NCBI GenBank assembly: GCA_963808235.1 | Contig: CAWEEQ010000004.1 | Span: 2,592,001-2,656,000 of the forward strand | DNA from: an uncultured delta proteobacterium | Lineage (GTDB): Bacteria > Desulfobacterota > Binatia > Binatales > Binataceae | DNA: 64,000 nucleotides | Direction of reading: 5' to 3' | Shown here: positions 58,411 through 64,000 of the stretch, one piece after another | Position numbering within the stretch: the stretch's first letter is position 1 | Layout: each line of letters opens with the position of its first letter | The notes under the pieces: generated by a model | Seen by the model: the letters and a program-made list of their open reading frames with translations, nothing else | Database searches by the model: none | Told to the model about the DNA's origin: nothing | Translations under genes and position numbers: made by a program

Positions 58411-58866
58411 ATGTCTGACGACGCAAAGGTCGCCGAGCTTTCGCGGGTGCTGGGGCTGCTGCCCCATCGCTATCCATTTCTGCTGGTCGATCGGATCCTG
58501 GAAATCGGCAAGGGCCGGGTGGTGACTATCAAGAACGTCACCTTCAACGAGCCGTTCTTCGCCGGCCACTTTCCGGAGCGCCCGGTGATGCCGGGGGTGC
58601 TGATCGTCGAGGCGCTGGCGCAGTCGGGCGCAATCCTGGCGCTGAGCGAATTGGGTGCGAGCGCGAGCCGTCTGTTCATGCTTACGGGGCTCGACAAGGT
58701 GCGTTTTCGGCGCCGTGTGATTCCCGGCGATCAGCTTCGGATGGAAGTAAAAATTCTCAAATTTCATCGCCCGCTATGGCGAATGCAGGGCGTGGCGCGG
58801 GTCGGCGACGAGTTGGCGGCGGAGGCGGAGCTGTCCGCGATGGAAGTCCAGGAGCAAGTACCATAG
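58411..58866 (+). CDS. fabZ: 3-hydroxyacyl-ACP dehydratase
   Basis: LPHRYPFLLVDR, KNVTFNEPFFAGHFP..PVMPGVLIVEALAQ. Confidence 0.96.
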   Translation: MSDDAKVAELSRVLGLLPHRYPFLLVDRILEIGKGRVVTIKNVTFNEPFFAGHFPERPVMPGVLIVEALAQSGAILALSELGASASRLFMLTGLDKVRFRRRVIPGDQLRMEVKILKFHRPLWRMQGVARVGDELAAEAELSAMEVQEQVP

Positions 58867-59654
58867 CCGGCCGAATCCATCCTTCAGCGATCGTCGACCA
58901 AAGCGCCGAAATCGACACGAGCGTCGAAATCGGCGCCGGCACGGTCGTCGGGCCTGGCGTCAAAATCGGAGCCGGCACGGTAGTCGGCCCAAACGTGGTG
59001 ATCGAATGTCTCACCACTATCGGTAAGCGCAATCGAATCTTCCCGTTCGCCATGGTGGGCGCCGCTACTCCCGATTTAAAATTTCATGGTGAGCCGGCGA
59101 CGCTGGAGATTGGCGACGACAACACGATTCGCGAGTTCACCTCGATTCATCGCGGCACCGAGGTTGGCGGGATGCGCACGACCATCGGCAATCACGTGCT
59201 GATCATGCCGTACGTGCATATCGCCCACGACTGCGAGATCGGCGACAATTGCATCCTGGTCAACTCGACCCAGCTCGGCGGGCACTGCGTGCTGGAGGAA
59301 TTCGTGAATCTCGAAGGCATGAGCGGAGTGCATCAGTTCTGCCGCATCGGAGCTCACGCGTTCGTCGCGGCGGGCGCCAAGGTCGCGCAGGATGTGCCGC
59401 CGTACTCGATGGTGGCTGGCGATCGTGCGCGGCTGGCGGGTATCAACGAGATTGGACTGCAGCGCCGCGGTTTTGGTCCGGAAAAGATCCTTGCGATCAA
59501 AGCCGCGACCCGCACCCTGTTTTTTTCGAAGCTGCTCCGCGAAGAAGCGATCGCGAAAACTCTCGCGGACCACGGCGACCTCTTGGAGGTCCGCCGGCTG
59601 GTCGATTTCATCAACAACTCCAAGCGCGGAGTCGTTGGCCGCGAGCGTGAATAA
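58863..59654 (+). CDS. lpxA: Acyl-ACP:UDP-N-acetylglucosamine O-acyltransferase (probable ATA start)
   Basis: IHPSAIVD, hexapeptide repeats, PDLKF, IREFTSIHRGT, HIAHDC, VHQFCRIG, QDVPPY, GLQRRGF. Confidence 0.93.
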   Translation: MAGRIHPSAIVDQSAEIDTSVEIGAGTVVGPGVKIGAGTVVGPNVVIECLTTIGKRNRIFPFAMVGAATPDLKFHGEPATLEIGDDNTIREFTSIHRGTEVGGMRTTIGNHVLIMPYVHIAHDCEIGDNCILVNSTQLGGHCVLEEFVNLEGMSGVHQFCRIGAHAFVAAGAKVAQDVPPYSMVAGDRARLAGINEIGLQRRGFGPEKILAIKAATRTLFFSKLLREEAIAKTLADHGDLLEVRRLVDFINNSKRGVVGRERE

Positions 59655-60450
59655 GCTCGGGCTCATCGCGGGCAACGGTGTCTTTCCGCTCGAAGTGGCG
59701 CGCGCGGCGCGCGGCCGCGGACTCAAAGTCATCGCAATCGCGCATCTCAACGAAAGCGATCGCGCGATCGACAAGATCGCCGACGAAGTCACGTGGATCA
59801 AGGTCGGCGAGCTGCAGAAAATTATCGACGTGTTCAAAAAAGCCGGCGTCGCGGAAGCCGCGATGGCGGGCGGCATCTCGCGCGCTCGGCTCAAAGATTC
59901 GTTCGCACCTGACGCGCGCGCGCTCGCGATGCTCGCGAGCATCGGACGCTTCAGCGACGACGCGGTGCTGCGCGGAGTAGCGCGCGAAGTCGAAGCGGAC
60001 GGAATCAGGATGATCGATCCAGTTCCGATGATTCCGCACTGGCTGGCGCCGGCCGGTCTCGCCGCCGGACCGGAGCCGACTCCCGCGCAACTGCGCGATC
60101 TGGATCTGGCATTCGCAGTCGCGCGGCAGTTGGGGCAATTCGACATCGGGCAGACCGTAGCGGTACGTGATGGAGCGGTCGCGGCGGTCGAAGCGCTCGA
60201 GGGCACCGACGCGGCGCTGCGTCGCGCAGCATCGATCGTCGGCGCGGGACTGGTCGTCGCAAAAGCGGCCAAGCCCGGTCAGGACATCCGCTTCGATCGT
60301 CCCGCGATTGGACCTGCGACCATCGAGTTGCTTGCCGAGATCGGCGCGGCGATGCTCGGCGTCGAGGCCGGCATCGCGCTCATCCTCGAGCACGATCGCA
60401 CGCTGGAGCTGGCGCGCTCGAAAAACGTGGGCGTGTACGGCCATGCGTGA
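59647..60450 (+). CDS. lpxI: UDP-2,3-diacylglucosamine pyrophosphatase LpxI
   Basis: KLGLIAGNGVFP, DIGQTVAV, VEALEGTD, KPGQDIRFD.PAIG. Confidence 0.92.
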   Translation: MNKLGLIAGNGVFPLEVARAARGRGLKVIAIAHLNESDRAIDKIADEVTWIKVGELQKIIDVFKKAGVAEAAMAGGISRARLKDSFAPDARALAMLASIGRFSDDAVLRGVAREVEADGIRMIDPVPMIPHWLAPAGLAAGPEPTPAQLRDLDLAFAVARQLGQFDIGQTVAVRDGAVAAVEALEGTDAALRRAASIVGAGLVVAKAAKPGQDIRFDRPAIGPATIELLAEIGAAMLGVEAGIALILEHDRTLELARSKNVGVYGHA

Positions 60451-61393
60451 GCTGCGCGCAGCCGTAGTCGGAGCAGGCCGCCTGGGCACGCTTCACGCGC
60501 GCAAGTACGCCGCGGTTGAGGGCATCAAGCTCACGCACATAGTTGACCTCGACGAAGGACGCGCACAGAGTGTCGCGTCGGAACTCGGGGCGACGCCGCT
60601 CGCCGATTATCGGTTGCTCGCGGGCAAAGTCGATCTTGTTACGGTGGCGTCGCCGGGCGTGACGCATCATGAGATCGCGTCGGCGATGCTGAAATCCGGA
60701 ATCGACGTGCTGCTCGAGAAGCCGATGGCGGAGACGCTGGCGCAGGCCCGCGAACTCGCGAAATTGGCGTCAGCGAGCGGGCGTATTCTTCAAATCGGGC
60801 ATCTCGAACGATTCAATCCGGCAGTCGTTCATCTGCATTCGATCGTGAAAAATCCGCGCTTCGTCGAATGCCATCGGCTGGCGCCGTTCACCGAGCGCGG
60901 CACCGACGTGGATGTCGTGCTCGATCTGATGGTGCACGATCTCGACGTGATCATGTCGGTCGCGCCGTCGGAAGTCGCCTCGCTGGAAGCTATCGGGGTC
61001 GCGATTCTCACCGATCGAATCGATCTCGCCAACGCGCGCATCCGCTTCCAGAGCGGGCTTATCGCCAACCTGGTGACGAGCCGCGTTTCCGCGCGGCGCG
61101 AGCGCAAGATTCGCTTCTTCCAGCCCGACGCGTATATCTCGGTGGATTACGAAGCGCGCAGCATCCAGCTTTATCGCAAGACTCCCGCCGCGCGCGGCGC
61201 GAACTTCCCGACTATTTCCGCGGAGCAGATAGAACTCGGCGAGGGCGATCCGCTCGCCGACGAGGTAAATGCGTTCGTCGATGCGGTGCGGCGCCGCTCC
61301 AAGCCCGCAGTCAGCGCCGAGGACGGGCTGCGGGTGATGGAACTAAGCGAGCGAATCAAGGACGTAATGCTGACCGACGCGATCGCGACTTGA
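60443..61393 (+). CDS. Gfo/Idh/MocA oxidoreductase, GnnA-like (UDP-GlcNAc 3-dehydrogenase)
   Basis: AAVVGAGRLG..HARKY, EKPMA, GHLERFNPA, RGTDVDVVLDLMVHDLD; overlaps the lpxI stop. Confidence 0.8.
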   Translation: MRELRAAVVGAGRLGTLHARKYAAVEGIKLTHIVDLDEGRAQSVASELGATPLADYRLLAGKVDLVTVASPGVTHHEIASAMLKSGIDVLLEKPMAETLAQARELAKLASASGRILQIGHLERFNPAVVHLHSIVKNPRFVECHRLAPFTERGTDVDVVLDLMVHDLDVIMSVAPSEVASLEAIGVAILTDRIDLANARIRFQSGLIANLVTSRVSARRERKIRFFQPDAYISVDYEARSIQLYRKTPAARGANFPTISAEQIELGEGDPLADEVNAFVDAVRRRSKPAVSAEDGLRVMELSERIKDVMLTDAIAT

Positions 61394-61442
61394 CGCCTCC
61401 TTCCGGCTGCGCCAGCATTGACGTGGAGCTCCTGTTGAAAAA

Positions 61443-61889
61443 ATGCGTTCGACGAAATTCAAAATACTAGGCGGCGTCGTGCTCGCGGTGGGCGTGGGAT
61501 TCTTAGTCTTCACCTCGAGTTCAAACTGCCGGATGGTGACCGGCCGCGAGGCGGTCGACGTCAACGTATCCGCGATGCGTCCGGGAAGCGCGCAACTGTT
61601 TTGCTACACGGACGACGCGGGCAAAAGACTTCGCTTCGTGCTCGCGCGCGGCACCGACGGCAAAGTGCGCACCGTGTTCGACGCGTGCCGGCAATGCTTC
61701 ACGTTCCATCGCGGGTACCAGGTGGTGGGCGGCGAACTAATCTGCCGGGTATGCGGCAACCACTACCGCATCGATCGAATGGCCGAGGGCAAAGCGTCGT
61801 GCGTGCCGGCAAGCCTGCCGCATGAAGACGGGTCGGGGGTGGTGAGAATCAAGACCTCGGACTTGCAAGCCGGGCACGCGCTCTTCTAA
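61443..61889 (+). CDS. DUF2318-like membrane-anchored Fe-S/metal-binding protein
   Basis: N-terminal TM, FDACRQC..GY..LICRVCGNHY..CVP. Confidence 0.78.
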   Translation: MRSTKFKILGGVVLAVGVGFLVFTSSSNCRMVTGREAVDVNVSAMRPGSAQLFCYTDDAGKRLRFVLARGTDGKVRTVFDACRQCFTFHRGYQVVGGELICRVCGNHYRIDRMAEGKASCVPASLPHEDGSGVVRIKTSDLQAGHALF

Positions 61890-61897
61890 GCAAATCC

Positions 61898-62509
61898 ATG
61901 AATCAAGGCCGCACCAGTCGTGTTCGCGGACGAGTCTTCTCGATCGTCGCCGTGGCGTTTCTGGTTGTTTTCTCGGCATGCAATCGGGAGGCGGCCGGCG
62001 ATTATCCGGCGGCGAACGGGAATAATTGCCTGCCCGATGTGAGTCTGATCGATCAGCACGGGAGTACTGTTTCGCTGGCCTCGCTGAAGGGCAAACCGGT
62101 GCTGATCGATTTCATCTACACGTCTTGCGCGTCGACCTGCCCGGTACTGACGGCGAAGATGGTGTCCGTGGCGCGCCAACTCGGCCCCGCTCTGGGAGCC
62201 AACGTGACGATTGTTTCGATTACGCTCGATCCCGAGCACGACGGTCCCGCGCAACTCGCGAGCTATGCGAAATCGCAAGGCGCCGACGCTCGTGGGTGGC
62301 TGTTTCTGACCGGCAAGCCCGCCCAAGTCGACCAGGTGCTCGCGCTGTTCAAGCTGCGGCGGATGCGCGAGAGCGACGGATCGATCACGCATTCGGTGTC
62401 GGCATTCCTGCTCGGTCCCGACGGCCACCAGGTTCGCCAGTACAATGCACTCAACGTCAACGCGAGCGCGGTAGTCGGCGATATCGATCGCTCGCGCGGC
62501 AAGAGTTAA
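61898..62509 (+). CDS. SCO1/SenC family copper chaperone (lipoprotein)
   Basis: FSAC lipobox, LIDQHG, FIYTSCASTCP (CxxxC), ITLDPEHD, THS. Confidence 0.92.
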   Translation: MNQGRTSRVRGRVFSIVAVAFLVVFSACNREAAGDYPAANGNNCLPDVSLIDQHGSTVSLASLKGKPVLIDFIYTSCASTCPVLTAKMVSVARQLGPALGANVTIVSITLDPEHDGPAQLASYAKSQGADARGWLFLTGKPAQVDQVLALFKLRRMRESDGSITHSVSAFLLGPDGHQVRQYNALNVNASAVVGDIDRSRGKS

Positions 62510-62512
62510 CCG

Positions 62513-62833
62513 ATGGCAACCTCGCTGGGAATCGATCGGCTCTCTATTCGTCAACTTGCCGGCGCGATGGCGCTGGTGATGATGATTGCGAGTCTGCCGG
62601 CGATCGGCGTGATCGTCATTGCCGATCGTGCGGGGCCAACTATATCGCTCGACATCTGTCATCCGCTGCAATCGCTCGACGCGTCACCAGGCGCCGTGTC
62701 GATCGCGCGCCCCGCGCAGCCGGAGATTGGCATCCAGATTCTTGCGCATGAGGCATTTGCCCAGTTTGTTCCCATTGCGAAGAGTAAATTCGCCGAGACT
62801 CCCGATCCGCCTCCGCCCAAGTCGCTCTGCTAG
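62513..62833 (+). CDS. Small membrane/exported protein with Cys-His and C-terminal poly-Pro (CutF/DUF2946-like leader candidate)
   Basis: 106 aa, N-terminal hydrophobic helix, DICHP, terminal PDPPPPK. Confidence 0.55.
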   Translation: MATSLGIDRLSIRQLAGAMALVMMIASLPAIGVIVIADRAGPTISLDICHPLQSLDASPGAVSIARPAQPEIGIQILAHEAFAQFVPIAKSKFAETPDPPPPKSLC

Positions 62834-62870
62834 ACGGACACCCTTACATTTTTTCGCAGATAGACGATTG

Positions 62871-62920
62871 CTCGCGGACCTCGACGGTTCGCGAGAGCAG
62901 GATACGGCCCGAGCTGGCCG
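62871..62920 (+). promoter_or_regulatory. Two RNA hairpins directly upstream of the 62927 start
   Basis: CTCGCGGACC-TCGAC-GGTTCGCGAG (62871-62895) and CGGCC-N6-GGCCG (62905-62920). Confidence 0.4.
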
Positions 62921-62926
62921 CGGTGG

Positions 62927-63901
62927 ATGCTTATGCGGAGGAATTTTGTTTTTGCGTTGATAGCCGTGCTGGTGTTGCGCGCGAGCGCGGCATCCGCGCA
63001 CGGAGTTGTGGGAGACTACGTGTTCCTTGAGCCGCTGGTGGCCGAGGATCCCACTCCCGCCAATGAGCTGGACATCCTGGCGCCATCGTGGGTCAGAAGC
63101 AGCGACGCTAATGACTACTCGATCGGATTCTCGGGCGAGAAAGTTCTTTGGATCGACGACAACTACATGCCGACATTCAGCCTGGCGGCCGGTACGGCGT
63201 GGCATCATGTTTCGCCGTTTAACATCTCTGTGCCGCGATCACGGGTCCTCGGAACGCTCGCCCCACTGCACACACCCAGCCACGAAGGAGTTGATAATCC
63301 GGAGGTAGCCGCAAAATGGGCCTTCTTCTATTCGCTGCCACATGAGTTTCTGACCTCGGTAGCATTGGTAGCCGACTTGCCGGTGGGCAACAGCGCGATC
63401 CGGAATCAGAGCCACACGAGCCTAGGTCCGGAACTGCTTATGGAAAAGGGTCTCGGCGACCTTCCCAATATGCCGGTGCTGAAATATCTTCGGCCGCTGG
63501 GACTCCAGGGCAACGTCGGTTATTTGCCGGCACTAGGCGGGCAGACCAGTCATGACCTGTTTGCCAATGCTGTGATTGAGTATTCGCTCCCGTACCTGAG
63601 CAACAATGTTCAGGATATTGGACTCAAGTGGCCGCTCCGCAACCTCTACCCGTTCGTGGAAATCAACTACGATCAACTGGTCAAAGGACCATCGGGCCAG
63701 ACATTCCCCTCGATCCTGGCGACCCCCGGCATCGCGTACGTCAGCTATCACTTCGAACTGAGCCTTGGCACTCAGTTCGCGCTCAACGACGCAGCCCGAC
63801 CCGGCACCCATGCCGCGGTGCTTGGTCTGCTGGACATTTTTTACGATTCGTTTTTCCCGAAATGGGGCAACTGGACTATCAATCGAGGACCCGGCCAATG
63901 A
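62927..63901 (+). CDS. Exported protein, probable outer-membrane beta-barrel linked to copper uptake
   Basis: Signal peptide ASA-H, VGDYVFLEPLVAEDP, amphipathic beta-strand pattern; stop overlaps the copC-like start (ATGA). Confidence 0.55.
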   Translation: MLMRRNFVFALIAVLVLRASAASAHGVVGDYVFLEPLVAEDPTPANELDILAPSWVRSSDANDYSIGFSGEKVLWIDDNYMPTFSLAAGTAWHHVSPFNISVPRSRVLGTLAPLHTPSHEGVDNPEVAAKWAFFYSLPHEFLTSVALVADLPVGNSAIRNQSHTSLGPELLMEKGLGDLPNMPVLKYLRPLGLQGNVGYLPALGGQTSHDLFANAVIEYSLPYLSNNVQDIGLKWPLRNLYPFVEINYDQLVKGPSGQTFPSILATPGIAYVSYHFELSLGTQFALNDAARPGTHAAVLGLLDIFYDSFFPKWGNWTINRGPGQ

Positions 63902-64000
63902 AGACTTCGAAAATGTGCGTATCGGGTGCGGCGCTAGTTGCTATTGGGATGAGCTTTGCGATCGTGGCGTGGGCACATTCGTTTCCCGAGTCGGAGACTC
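63898..64000 (+). CDS. CopC-like copper-binding periplasmic protein (N-terminal fragment, runs off the window)
   Basis: MKTSKMCVSGAALVAIGMSFAIVAWA-HSFPESET: signal peptide then mature His1 as in CopC; only 34 codons visible. Confidence 0.55.
   Translation, partial: MKTSKMCVSGAALVAIGMSFAIVAWAHSFPESET

Noticed and set aside
58776-58862. ATG 58776 as the lpxA start
   Set aside because: It would overlap fabZ by 91 nt and add a non-homologous Gly/Arg-rich peptide; the SD is better placed for 58863

Overview
High-GC diderm bacterial chromosome segment; gene order resembles deltaproteobacteria-like lineages such as Binatota, but this is inference only. Bases 1-41.5 kb form one large Wzx/Wzy-type surface polysaccharide locus. 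It holds wza, wzc, wzx, a wzy-like gene, an O-antigen-ligase-TPR fusion, a WecA/MraY fusion, 11 glycosyltransferases, 3 SAM methyltransferases and CDP-sugar genes. Two unusual inserts sit inside this locus. The first is a module of carrier protein, seryl-tRNA-synthetase-like amino acid:[carrier protein] ligase, GNAT and MBOAT, which looks like a Dlt-analogous aminoacylation system built on a class II aaRS paralog. The second is a signal-peptide-bearing, phage-tailspike-like mosaic protein. The rest of the window is mostly housekeeping: moaA, a GH88/105 operon, a RIO1 kinase with a possible attenuator leader, lpxL, a lone gspD, and lolC-lolD-bamA-skp-fabZ-lpxA-lpxI followed by a gnnA-like gene. 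It ends in a copper-handling module with a candidate CutF/CruR-like leader peptide. Two single-base frameshifts (rfbF and a decarboxylating dehydrogenase) may be sequencing errors. No rRNA, tRNA, CRISPR or IS element was recognised. All calls come from motif recognition by eye, with no database search.
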